Assembly (NCBI GenBank): GCA_043228905.1
Contig: JBHGNT010000002.1
Coordinates: 20,770,001 to 20,834,000 of the forward strand
Direction of reading: 5' to 3'
Length of the DNA: 64,000 nucleotides
DNA from: Azolla caroliniana
Lineage: Eukaryota; Plantae; Polypodiophyta
Shown here: positions 13,560-26,300 of the stretch, piece after piece
Layout: every line of letters starts with the position of its first letter
How positions within the stretch are numbered: the stretch's first letter is position 1
Notes under the pieces: model-generated
Databases searched by the model: none
The model's input: only the letters and a program-made list of their open reading frames with translations
Told to the model about the DNA's origin: nothing
Made by a program: the position numbers and the translations under genes

Positions 13560-14173
13560 TTTATTTTTTTTTGTAAATAATGGCTTTCATTATGAAAGAA
13601 AAAAACACCACCATAACTAACTTACTACAAAGTATAGAACCCTTCTAGGGATCTAAATATTACTACGACTCCAACCTCAATGCCACCCTACACGCCAACT
13701 CATAATGTCGAATATGATGATATGTGACCTTGCAGAGTTCTCTCTCTTCATGGTTGTGATTTCATGACTTCTCTAGCACTGCCAATCACCATAAAAGAAG
13801 TCCTTTTAACTTTACAACATATTTTCTCACCCCAACTTGCGAATCAAAAGTGAACCCATTCCATAGATTCCAATTGAACCATAGCCCCCAATACCTCAAG
13901 AACTCAAAAATAATTTGGAAACGAGGCATTGGTTCATTGTTCTCCATATGTGCGAAAACCCAACTGAAGGAGAGATAGACTTACTGAAGTTAGAGACATC
14001 CACACTAAACTGATAGACCTCCAAACCATCCTAGCCATCGAGCATGAAAGAAATCAATGCGTAATATGTTCCAAATTCCACCGATTCACAAAAAAGAAAC
14101 ATGTTCTTCTAACAATGTTTTATTTTTATTTTTTAAATGCATCCCCCAATGATTGATGCTATGAGCTAATAAG

Positions 14174-14235
<62 letters not shown>

Positions 14236-14403
14236 CGTAAAGAATGGCTTTCATTACGAAAGAAAAAAACACCACCATGACTAACTTACTACAAAGTATA
14301 GAACCCTTCTATCTAGGGATCTAAAGAATACTACGACACCAAACTGAATGCCACCCTACACACCAATTCAAATGGCGAGTATGATGATATATGACCTTGC
14401 AGA

Positions 14404-14410
<7 letters not shown>
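13560..14410 (-). repeat. About 170-bp direct repeat (13577-13745 and 14240-14410), probably LINE 3' ends next to microsatellite/A-rich tails
   Basis: Both copies read AATGGCTTTCATTA.GAAAGAAAAAAACACCACCAT...GACCTTGCAGAGTTCTCTCT and adjoin T-rich or (CT)n tracts. LINE origin is inferred. Confidence 0.5.
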
Positions 14411-14442
<32 letters not shown>

Positions 14443-14655
14443 TGGGTATTCTTTCTTGCTTTGCCTTGCTTTGCTTTTCTTTTGTTGTGTGATAGGGGTA
14501 TGGATGAGAATTTCGGGAAAACATACGAGAGGCAGGGGAGGGTATCCTGCAGAATTTCTCTCTGATTCTACCATATCCACACACACACACACACGCAGAG
14601 CTTCTGTGTCCCTGCACTGCCATGGCCACTCTCTATCCCAGCAGCAGACTGTAAC

Positions 14656-17600
14656 ATGATGCCGCGCGGCCTTGACATGGCCTTACGAGTTTCTCCCTTC
14701 CATCCACACCATCATCTTCGTCTTCTTCTGCTTCATCATCATCATCTTCGTGACCATCATCTGTCTATTTCGAGCTTATCAGATTGCATCTCCTATCGAT
14801 CCGGGTTTCGCCTGACTCCGCCTTGCCCTCGTCGTTTTGCCACGTTTCCTTCCTCCTCGTCCTCTTTAGATGTTGTAACTTCTGAGAAAAGGTTCCAGTT
14901 TTTTTTTTTTTTTTTTTTGGTTCTATTTGCTATAAATAAACATATTTTCTTTAGGAAGAAAAAGTTTTAAAAATGCAACTTCATGACATCCATCCATCCA
15001 TCCATATAGACATGTTTTCTTGTATTCAGATGCTACCCTGCAAGTGTTTTTGTGTTTTTCTATCTTCAAACCATAAACAAAACTTTAGTACCTTCCTCTC
15101 ATATAGTGTGCATATCAAGAAGCAGAAGCAGAGGCTTGATGAATTTTGCCAAGAGAAGTTTCCTCAGTATAGCAGGACACAAATCCAGTCGTGGATTCTC
15201 CAAGGTGAGTGGTTATTATAAGCTCGGGAAATTTAAGAAAAATACCCCCAATATTTCATGAAACCTAGAAATTACCCCATTGCTTATTCAGATATACCAA
15301 AATAACCCTACCCTACTCTGTCGAAATTCTCAAACTTCTATTCCCTCTCTATCTCTACCAAAATAACCCTATTCTGTCGAAATAATATGGGTTTAAACTG
15401 TATATATGGGTGCATTTAGGAAAAGTTCTTGTAGATGGGCAGCCACTATTGAAAGCAGGAGTGCGCGTTTCTTCCAAATCAGCGATCGATATTATCGCAG
15501 AGGTTCCAAAGTATGTTTGCAGGTAGGAGCTTGAACAATTATCTCATCATATGGCTTAGATCATTAGGATTGTGCGAGTGAGATGCATCATGAATGTGAA
15601 CATGAGAGTAATTTTACAATTGTTTGTCATCCATGATTGTGGAAACAACATGTTTTGTTGTATATCTAGTAAGCTCCTTGTAGCTATTTCTTTCAACTGT
15701 CCTCAGAAATCTCTATGCAAATAATAATTCATGGATGGACATTTGTGAATTTACATGTGAGTTATGCTTCATGCCCATTTCTTGCATTGTTTTAGTTGAT
15801 AAATAAAAACTTCGTGTATGGAACTACGATATCTACCTATTCTCGGAATGCCCAATGCTCAAAACGTATAGGAAATGCCATCAAAATGTTCAAGCCGCAA
15901 ACTGGTTCCTAATGCTGATCTGGATTCGTTTTCTCTCTACTACAGAACATTTACGCGCATGTAGTTGGGTCAAGTGGACAAACATTGGGATATATTTTCC
16001 TGTCTGAGTGGGTGTTATTTGGGAAGGATCGCTTTGATTTGTATGAAAATTGTACTTTTCTTGCTTGTATTCCTCGAGCAATGTTTTTGCGACTTTCCTG
16101 ATTAATGTTTGGAGATTGGGAGAGTTATCTTTCTTGTGGTTATTTGGAGGTACTATACTGCCACCATTAAAAACTCAGAGTATTAGCACGTGCAATGACA
16201 GCTGTTTGCTGATACCGTAGCAAAGTTTGCATAAGCTATACAATGGTCTTGATGTGTCCATGACACTATGAATCTTCAGACTTCTCACTATTCTTTTGAT
16301 TGTAGGTTCTTTACCATATATATTCATTCAATTTTTTGCTAACCTTTATGGTGGCCAGGGTTTGACTATCTCTTATTGAGAAGTTTGGCGTATTCTTTTA
16401 AAAGAGCATCATTTATTGTTTTAATTCAATACATTTTTTCACTTCCTGTTCAGGTGTCATATTTATTTTCTTTAAATCATCATAATCTCTTGGTTTGGTC
16501 TTCATATTATATGTATATAGCGTGCTTTAAAAAAGATTGAATATTTTTTCCAATAAATGTGCTGTTCACTGTGAATTGTTGAATTTATGGTAGATCAGAA
16601 TATTGATGATAGAGTTGGTGCTAAGCTAAGGGGTGTCGGCCTTTTTTGCTTATAGATGTGCTTATAGACCAGGCATAGCTATTCATGCCTATCTTTTGAA
16701 TTCTTGGACTTCTAGGATTTTTAATTCGAGGCATCCCTTGTAGAACATGAGAACCATTGGAACAGGTTCCAATATATCCATGAATGAAGCACAAAATGAG
16801 CAGAACTTAAAAATTCCAGTGTAATGCTCACACTCAAAAACTGCAATGAATTGGGGAATGAAGGAACGAGATGGGCAATGAGCAACTTACACTAAAAACT
16901 CACCATAACAGAAATAGGGTCCTCAAATGCAATAACTTGGTGTTCTGATTTGCTTGATGAAAATTTACGTAAGTGAAAAGGTGGAACATAGAAAAGGCCA
17001 CACAGCTAACTTTAGGGAAACATGTGCCCGAGGTACGAAAATAACTTATCAAGATGTCCATGTATCTTGAGTGGTATTTCTTGGTGCCCGAGTCATTCTA
17101 TTAATGTTTATTCTGGTTTTTAATTCGCCAAGATTGACAACGTTTTCAGGTGTTATCTCTTGTTTAGTCTCATTTTTCAATTTGGCCTCTTAAGGGGCAT
17201 TGATTTATTGTATCTTTTTGCTTTCTTTCTTTATAAAGACAATCAATTACAGGCCTTACTATTTGATCCAGAGGAGGATACAAGCTGGAGGCTGCCATTG
17301 AACACTTCAACTGCGATGTTGTTGGGAAGGTCGCCCTCGATGCAGGACTATCAACGGGTGGTTTCACAGATTGTTTGCTGCAATCAGGCGCAGCTTATGT
17401 GTATGGTGTTGATGTAGGATATGGACAGGTATTTGTTTCTGAGGAAAGAGTCTGAAATACAGCGAGTTTTCTTATTTCCCCAATTGTCTGTGAGTTATTG
17501 TTATATCCCTGAACATCCCTGATCAACCCCTTGCTCTGGAGGGAAAGGAGATAACTTGACCATGTAATTGCTCAAATAGCAGATAGGATTGATAAAGAGG

Positions 17601-19919
17601 ATAACGTAACTGTATAATAACTTGAACTGCACATATAGTTAATTGGTAGAGATTAAGTTCACGAAGGGCATTTGGGGAAATAAAGGATGATGAAAAGAGG
17701 AAAGAAATCTAGGGTTTCTCAGAGCTTTTCCATTTTCTCAGCATTAGTTCTTTCTAAATATTTACTGAGAGCAGTAAATTATTCACAGTTCACTGGGGAG
17801 ATTAATGATGATTATTTTTTTCAAATTTGTGGTATTCTGCATCCCTAATTCTGTCACTGATTTTCGGTGTTGATTTTAATTCAGGTGGCTGAAAGAATCA
17901 GAACTGATAAAAGAGTGCATATCCTCGAGAGAACAAATCTACGGCACTTATCGTGCCTTCCAGAGCTTGTAGATATTACAACACTTGACTTGTCTTTTAT
18001 TTCAATTCTCATGGTATTATCATTTAACTAGAATAATCAAGTTTCCATTGTGCTAGCAGTTTCACTACACTTATATTGGATTCTTCGTGTTTTAGGTAAT
18101 GCCTGCTGTGTGCTCTTTGATGAAACTTGATTCAATGCTGATTACACTTATTAAGCCTCAATTTGAAGCACAAAGGTCACAGGTTTGTAATATCCATTCA
18201 TGCTATTTCCTTTACAGCATCCTATTTGGGGATGATTGCAACTGTTGTGCACGAATTTTCGAGCTACTTAGGAACATCACAAACCATCTATCACAAAGAG
18301 ACTTTAAACTAATCTCTGCGCTGAATTTATATATTGTTCTCAGATAATAAACATAAATGGTATATTAAGACTGTAATCAAGGAACAGGTAAACAGAATCA
18401 GAGTGTTCAGATAAAAGAGTGTAGATGCTTAAATTAATGAGAATTATATTACAAATATTTGGCTAGCTTTTTAGCAAGCTTCAAGGTGCAAAATACCTTC
18501 TTACAAAGGTTTATGAAACCGTTAACACTCTTTTGTGAAGGAAACTGCTACACACTTTCTACGTAGTTATCCTAGTAAATGATAGTTCCTACCTAGGAAA
18601 GTGTGCCCAGGCTCGTCAGTCCCTAACAATTGGGGCTGTGCTTTAGGTCTGCCTCAAGAATGATGTGAGTATGTTGGTAATTAGTTGTAAGCTGATGATG
18701 GTGACATCCAAAAGAAAAGCTTTCAGAGTGAAAAACAGGAGACAATAATTTGAAGGGAAAAATTCTGAAATACCTCTGAGTTTTTCTTTATTTCCCCAAA
18801 TCCCCTTTGTCAACCCCCTCTCGAGCAATCATATGGTCTATTTAAGGTATTAACATGGTCAATGTACTATTTAAGGAATTGTATGGTCAATCATCCCTAT
18901 TCTTCCAGTTATGGATGCTGACTGAGGCCTGTGGGAGATGACAAAAACTTGGGCCATTTCAGGAAATAGAAAACCTTAGGGTATTTCAGAGTTTTCCCTA
19001 AATTTTAATGAAGTATCGGGTTGTTTATTGATTCACTCTTTAATTGTATTTTAACTAGCTGAATGTTAGTTCTGCAGGTTGGTGGTGGTGGGATTGTAAG
19101 GGATCCTGCTGTGCACAAAGAGGTAAATAGGTTGATGAATGACTGGAAATACATTGTTTTGAATGTGATCATAAACAAGTAAATGTGTTCCTTTCTTTTC
19201 TGTGTGTACTTATCCTTGCATCATCTTAAATATCGCAAAGAGGTAAATAGGTTGATGAATGATTGGAAATACATTGTTTTAAATGTGATCATAAACAAGT
19301 AAATGTGTTCCTTTCTTTTCTGTGTGTACTTATCCTTGCATCATCTTAAATATCGCAAAGAGGTAAATATATATTTATTGGCACTGCCTTCTTTGAAGGC
19401 ATGTACCCTATGGGTGTTTTGAAATCTAGGGCGAACAATTTTTTTACTAGATTTGGCATCCAAACAATTTATAGAAAAATTCACCAAAAACCTACCGTTT
19501 TCAAATCCCTGAAGTATTCTTCAATTTCACCTTGTTCGGTTCATGGTCCATTATGGTATTTTAGAGATGTTAATATATTATTTATTTTATTTCTTTCGTA
19601 CAAGCTCCATCAGATCTCAATTTTTGGCCTCTTCAAAACATTAATATATCTTTGTTTCTATCTTTCTAAGAAGATTCATAGAGTGATCCAAACTGATCTA
19701 ATTAAGCCTATAAGCATAATTTCACCAAGGAAGGTTCTTAAATAATACTTCTTTTTTCAGGTTATTGGAAAGGTCATTGCAGGAGTTGAGAGCCATGGTT
19801 TTACGTGTCAAGGTTGGATAGAGTCCCCATTGAAGGGAGCAGAAGGGAACATTGAATTCCTCTCATGTTTTAAGAGAAACTGTCTCACTGAGGTCCCATT
19901 GCTGAAACATGATAAATAA
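14656..19919 (+). CDS. TlyA/YqxC (hemolysin A-like) rRNA 2'-O-methyltransferase with S4 and FtsJ domains and a probable organellar transit peptide; 8 exons
   Basis: Exons 14656-14891, 15107-15204, 15420-15522, 17272-17428, 17885-18013, 18096-18182, 19078-19122 and 19761-19919 have GT-AG junctions and splice in frame. Motifs: [85 protein letters not shown]. Confidence 0.93.
19116..19368 (+). repeat. 120-bp tandem duplication at the exon 7/intron 7 boundary
   Basis: CAAAGAGGTAAAT recurs at 19116, 19236 and 19356, with near-identical 120-bp units. Confidence 0.9.
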
Positions 19920-20992
19920 TTATACCATCTCCATGGCTGTACAAATGTTTGGCATGCAATGAAGATTTTAGGATGAATCACTAAAGCCCATCCAACTCTC
20001 GTTTCATCCTTCCAAAGGAACAGTGTATTAAAAGAGAGTACGAGTTTGTTATCTCTTCCATTTAAGTATAACAGAACCACAGCTTTCTTAACTACAAGTT
20101 TGGACACAAGAACTTACCATTACTAGGTCCATAGTCTTGATACGTGTATAAGAAGTCGTGCTTCAAGCTAACATTATCAAAATGAGACAAATGGAACAGT
20201 TCATACATCACTCTTGTCTCCCTACCTACTCAGCAATGAACCTTCATACATGTGCAAAAAACGAAATTTGCCTATTGATAGTCCACACCACAAAATAGCG
20301 TGGAGGGATTATCCATTGATTTTCGCGATTTGAGTTTTCCAACTGGTATTTATGGATATTCTTGTGGATTTGAGGGTGCTTGCTAATGTGGAGATATGAT
20401 GAAGCAGAACAGATACAATTAGGGTATAATGCAAATATTTGCACCATCTAATAGAGAGTTTCAGGTTTCCCTGACAGAAATCAAGACCGCAAGTTTCTTC
20501 CAACAAAGTTTCTCAGGTTGTCTGCATATATCAATCATAATTAACAGTAAATGCTAGTAAATAATAGCTATAATAGTTTATCAACCTGCAGAACAAAAAT
20601 ATTATGATGTATGTTATTTGTTTAGAAACAATGATATTAGCACTAGAGGTTGCCTCTTGTGAATGTTCATGTCACTCGCATATATGAAGAGAAGCGCCAC
20701 TATGCTCATTGCTTTTAAGTTGAAGTTATAGAATTTTCTGCCTGAATATTGAATCAAATGTTAAATCTATGGTTCTAGTCTGATTAAGATGTATCCTCTT
20801 CTAGGTGATACAGTATTCTAATCTAATCACTGCAAACAGGGTGTTAAATGTGTTATTCAGATGGATTCACTCACTGGGTTCAATGTGTGATTCAGATATA
20901 TACCTATCATGTAGGTTGTTCTCTCTAAGTTATGTGTGGTGTTCAGTGCTGAGGTTATTCTATGATATTGGAAGCTGTTTGCAATTTTAAAG

Positions 20993-23881
20993 TCAAGACG
21001 CCTGGAAGAAGTGAAGGGTGATGCCATAGTGCACAATACTCCAAATGCCTCCTGCTGTGAATGCGATAGCCATGAGAGCTCCAAGGATGCCCAAGGTCCA
21101 ATTCAAGTACCAGCTAAAACTGTAAGTGGGTGGTTTCTTAATGGCAAGCCACATGAAGCAGGGGTACGCAAATGTCACTGGTGCACTGCTTAATCCGCCC
21201 AAGAGCCCTGATAAGCTTGAAAGCCATGGAAAGGCTACTGCTATCAAGAGATTTGTGAACACATAGATGGATCGGAAGATCACCCTTGTTTGCTTGCTTA
21301 TCGGTCGGTTTCTCTTCTCTGTGTACCCGGCTTCGAAACTGTCAAAGATTGTGAAGGAATACATCTGGAATGTTGTCAAACAGTTTATGACTACCAATAT
21401 GAAGAGGAATCCCATTATGGGCCTGGATATGTCCATCTGGTGGAATGCATAGATGCTGTAAAGAATGCCTGAACTTAGCATCTGTCAAAAAAGAATTATA
21501 TTTGGTCAGTGTCTTTTCCCTGTCAGGCATGATATTATGCTACGCTTTAGCTAATGAAGAGCTTCAGTGCAGTGTTTGAAACAAGAGTTGAAAGCCTAAA
21601 TTAAAGCAATTTATAAAGAGGGATTTTCTGGTGCATCACACTACAGGATCCCCAGTATATTAAAAACAAGTCAAAATGTCATAAGAAATTGTACGAAGAG
21701 GGAGTTTGAGAAGGATCACTCTGAAGAGTATTCTGAATGAAGCTTTCTTATAATTTGGAAATATCCAAAGATGATCCAACTATAAGTTGAGAGCAACAAT
21801 GATAATTACCATACATTGAATATAATTCTAATGAGCAGATTCTTTCTGAATCAGTGGATCTTGTCCTTGGATGTAGATTAATGATGATTTTATGTATATA
21901 TTTACTAGCTCATGTATATGGAATTCTTTCAATGTTAATATTTCATACGTACCTCGCTACCGTAAGCCCAGTATCCGCCAACGGCTATCGGCAAGTAGCA
22001 TGACCCAATGATTGAATTTGCAACTTTTGCCCCTCTCCACATCGGAACGTGGGCTGGATGTTTCAAAGTTGAAGGCATGGTAGCCTTAGATATGCAATCA
22101 CAACATAAAGTTTACTACAAAAAATCAACCTGTACTAGAAACATATTGGGGAGAAAGTTCAATAGTTACTAAAACGGACATGTATGTCATCTTGCAGATG
22201 AATGTGTGCCCAAATGCCAGATACGAAAAATAAAGAATGAGATCCACCTGGATTTCCATGGCTACATTGTGACCACGGAATGAGAAGGCAATGATCCCGA
22301 GTGCATTCAAAACAGTGAAGATTTTGGTTGCTGTAAAGGATCCGAGTTCAGCTGTATAAGTGATATCCGCTGGCCGTGCTCGACTTATCGAGAGGATCCA
22401 CAACATGGTGCAATATGTGATAGCTGTCAAGGCCCCGACCATGGATAGTCCAACGATAGAGTTCATATTGGGAAGCTGCGCCAGAACAATACAAAATATG
22501 GCAAAAACAAGGTACCACTCTATCGTTGTAAGGGGGCTTGTTCCACAATGGGGTCCACAAACTATCTTATAGAAGAGCTTAAGGGTACCTCCTCCTATAA
22601 CAATGAGTGTGGTCGAAGTTCCTCCGGTTAGATTGAGGTTGGGTGGAGTGGCTAACCAGTATCCCAACCTCTCACCTAAATGAGAAATTCATGTAAAATG
22701 AACTCGAGTATTATATATGATGATGATGGTTGAAGTCTGAAATATAGCATTGATTTCTAGTATTACCGAATGCTGCTTGAGCTAATTCAACATAGCGATT
22801 GTGTCGAACTCCGGGGATGGCTTCATGTAGGTGAACAAGGATCCACATGGTGTATAGTTGCCAGGCATAGGCAATTATGATAGAAAGGAGCCCCCAAGTC
22901 CTGGAATGGAAGGCTAGATAACTTTAAGCTGAAGAAAAGTAAAATCACTTTTGAATGCAGAATGTTGCAAGTTTATGCCCCAATTTGAAAGCAAAGAAAG
23001 ACAAAAATTTATAGATAGGATTGGACTCTCCTAGGTTTATCCACTTCCCATGCTGTGTAGAGGTCCTTTGCATGAACAGTGTGAGTAGTGTACCATCAGG
23101 GGGGATCCACTTGAGAAATGAATGCAACGCCCAATTCTAGCTAGCTTATATAAACCCAAACCCCAGAAACTCTACATGGAAAAAATTGATAATCTCCGAG
23201 ATCTAGCTGACTGTACTCTAGTTTTGTGGCTGCTAAAATTCTGATTTAATTTGGGGCTCATAATGACATGTAAATGCGATAGTTAATGCTTGTTAAAATA
23301 CAAGATGACGATCATATATCATACCAGCCGAGATAGAACATTGCGTAAGGCAAGAGGAGCCCTTGGAAGCCTATTCCAGCATTAACATTATGGAAAATTG
23401 CATAGAAAGCATTGCCAGTGCGAGATTCGGTGATAGGAAGCCACGCATCTTGAGGATTGAACCTAGCCAAGTGGCCAACATCTTCAAGGTAGGATTTAAT
23501 ATTAGTCATGACCTTTCGGACAGGGGTACCGATAGGGCTATTCAAGAGGCGCGATGGTGTCCATGGAGTCCGAGGAGTGTGTGGTGTATTGCTACCAGTA
23601 GCCATTGTTATGATATCATTCGACGAGGAGTGTCTGGTGGGTGTATGGAACCCTGTTAGAGCAGGGGTATGTGAGGAAGCATTATAGTGCTCAGGCGAAT
23701 TGGTTGCAGGGCTGAAATGATTGTTTGGGGTTAGAGTGTGAGGTGTCGAGGAATTATGTGGAGTGGCAATATTTGGTCCATTGCTCTTTTGGTAGAACTG
23801 CAAATGATGATGGTCTAAGCTCATCTCCTCATCTCTTGCTACCAAGGCCATGGCTAGACCCATGTAGTTAGAATTGGGCAT
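20993..23881 (-). CDS. Lysine/histidine transporter-like amino-acid permease (AAAP/LHT family, LHT-like 8 type); 5 exons
   Basis: Exons 23881-23325, 22900-22767, 22675-22248, 22084-21953 and 21481-20993 splice in frame. Motifs: DAWLPITESRTGNAFY, AWQLYTMWILVHLHE, RYVELAQAAFG, QLPNMNSI, FSFRGHNVAMEIQATMPST, TFAYPCFMWL. The start ATG could be 23881, 23863 or 23851. Confidence 0.93.
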
Positions 23882-25879
23882 TTATATAGAAATATATAAA
23901 AGGCATGATGGAATTTCAGATATTTGAAAAACTTTAAAAAAGCCTAACTTTGGCTAATTTTCAAGATGACTAGCATGTCATACTCCCCTATTGACCATAT
24001 TCCTTCTAGATACTAAAAAAGTCATAGAATAAGTGAACTTCTTTTGGTTGCGATAGTATTTTATTAGAGCCACGAAAAGTTGTGTTAACTTGTTTGACCG
24101 ATAGATTTGCCATTGTGTTAAATGTCTTTTGCTAATAGCTGTCAATATGCCCTTGCTTCAAAAGTTGGAAAGTTAGGATCAAACTTATTTGACCAATCAA
24201 TTTCCATTGTTTCTAATGTCGTTGTTGTATAGATGCTAATTAATGGTTCAATTTTCTCAAGTATTTCAATGATTCTGAACTTTTCCATCTATTTTATTAT
24301 AAAAATTGGATAGGTGATCTTGCATCACACATTGCTGATTTCTCAAGTCAATTTTGTGTGGCAATTGGCTTGTCAAGCTATATATTAAAATACTTTTGCC
24401 ATTTGTGATGATGTATTTCCCTTAATTATGATATCAAAAAAGACAATCAAATCTGCATTCCTATATCCTAGAATGTTCCAATGTGTTCCAATGTGTTCCA
24501 ACTTTGTAACTTCTTTGTTTTATATTCATCCTCAAATATGCCCATATGATTTACTTTGTTTGGTCTTAAACATAATACCTTGAGCCTCAACAATCTTGTT
24601 TCTCCATACATACCACTAAGAGTTGGACCATCAAAATAGAAATGACATACTCTTAACCACATAGAACCTGCTCTATTCAAAATTATAATTGTAACAAAGG
24701 GCGTAATGTAGATGATTGGATGGATGTTTTTCATGTATAAGATATTTTGTCAAGAAGTACCTAAAATATGATGTCAATCAACTTCTAATTAATACCCAAA
24801 GAAGAAATGGAGGGTGAATGGTGTTTGGATGATGGGGAAGAAGAGACTCTATTGGGCAGTGAATCTAGATAAAATTTTTAAAGTTTGGCACAGGTTGGAG
24901 GATGTGTAGGTTTGGTGGTAATTGGGATTGCTTGTTGTGAATTTGGCACATAGAGAACTATGATAAAACAAATGCCCATGTATTACATTGAAGGATGGTG
25001 AGAAAGAGTTGCGAAAGAAGAAAAATAAAAAATGTCTCAAAAGTTAACTAAATAAATAGACATCTTGCCTTACATTGTAAAAATTGCCTAAAGTTTTACA
25101 AAATTCCTAGAACACCTTGGGTGGGCTAAATTGCAACGATGCTATAGAATTTATAAATCATCAAAAGTTGGTTAAATTGCAAAATGGACCTATTTTTTAC
25201 AAAAGTATCACAACTTTGTGAGTTAAATTGTAAAAATATTTCCCAAAATATATTGTGAAATTTCGAAAGAAACACATATTTGTGCAATAATGTTTTGTGC
25301 TAAAAAATACACATGTAGAGAAAAAGAAAAAAAAGAAGGAAATGTAGAAGAGAGCTATGAAGGAAAGGAGTTAGTTTTTAAAAAAAATTTCCTCAGTTTG
25401 AAAAATGATCAAGGAGTGTAAATCAATGATTAAGGAACAATAATCAATTTTAAAAGGGAAATCAACGTGATGATCAATTCGGAACTGACCATGGTTATTT
25501 GTGAAAAACGAGTCAACATGTAGATGATATTAACCACCCAAAGACAATGGAGCTCACAAGCTTGATTTTTACTTTTTACCTTCATTACTTTCCTGAAATT
25601 TAGGAGCTTCTACTTGTTTGACATCACGTACTTATAGTCCATTGCAAGTCATATACTCATGAATTTTGTTTCTAAGGCACTCTTTAATTGTTAGTCATTT
25701 CCCTTCTTTATGTCTCTCTCTTAAGCATATGACTTCTAGTCTTGTTTCCTTTTTACTTTGGTTTATTTATCTACTCAAACTTTGTCTCATGATAACCTTT
25801 GTACTATGGTCACAATGATTGTGATTACATAATCTTAAGCATTTCACCCTTATGACTCTCATTTTCCTAGTTTAGAGTA

Positions 25880-26300
25880 GGCCTCAATGCACACTTAACC
25901 ATGAGTTATTGTCACAATGGAACATGGGGCCTTGTCTAATGTCTACCACACAAGAAGTCCATTGGATGCAAATGGGTGTAAAGTATACCCTTCACAACTC
26001 CATAAAGAAGAAAACTTACCATGTAGTGAAGGGATATGCCCAACCACAAGATATTGACATCAACTATGAGGATAACATGGCCTATCTGGTGAAGATGAAG
26101 ACTATGTAAGCTTGTTAGAGTTGGGAATGTTCAAGGAATGTCAACTCCACATGGACGTAAAGAATGCCACTCCTCCAAGGAGATGAAGAAGAAATATACA
26201 TGAAAAAACCCTTTGGATTCAAGTTGGAAATCAAGCCACACACAATATCTTCGTTCAAGAAGTTGGCTGAGTCAATGTTTTGAAAACATCCATGCACAAA
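25880..26300 (+). pseudogene. Highly decayed copia RT fragment
   Basis: VVKGYAQ..DINYE and QLHMDVKNA..QG-like residues across frameshifts. Confidence 0.55.
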
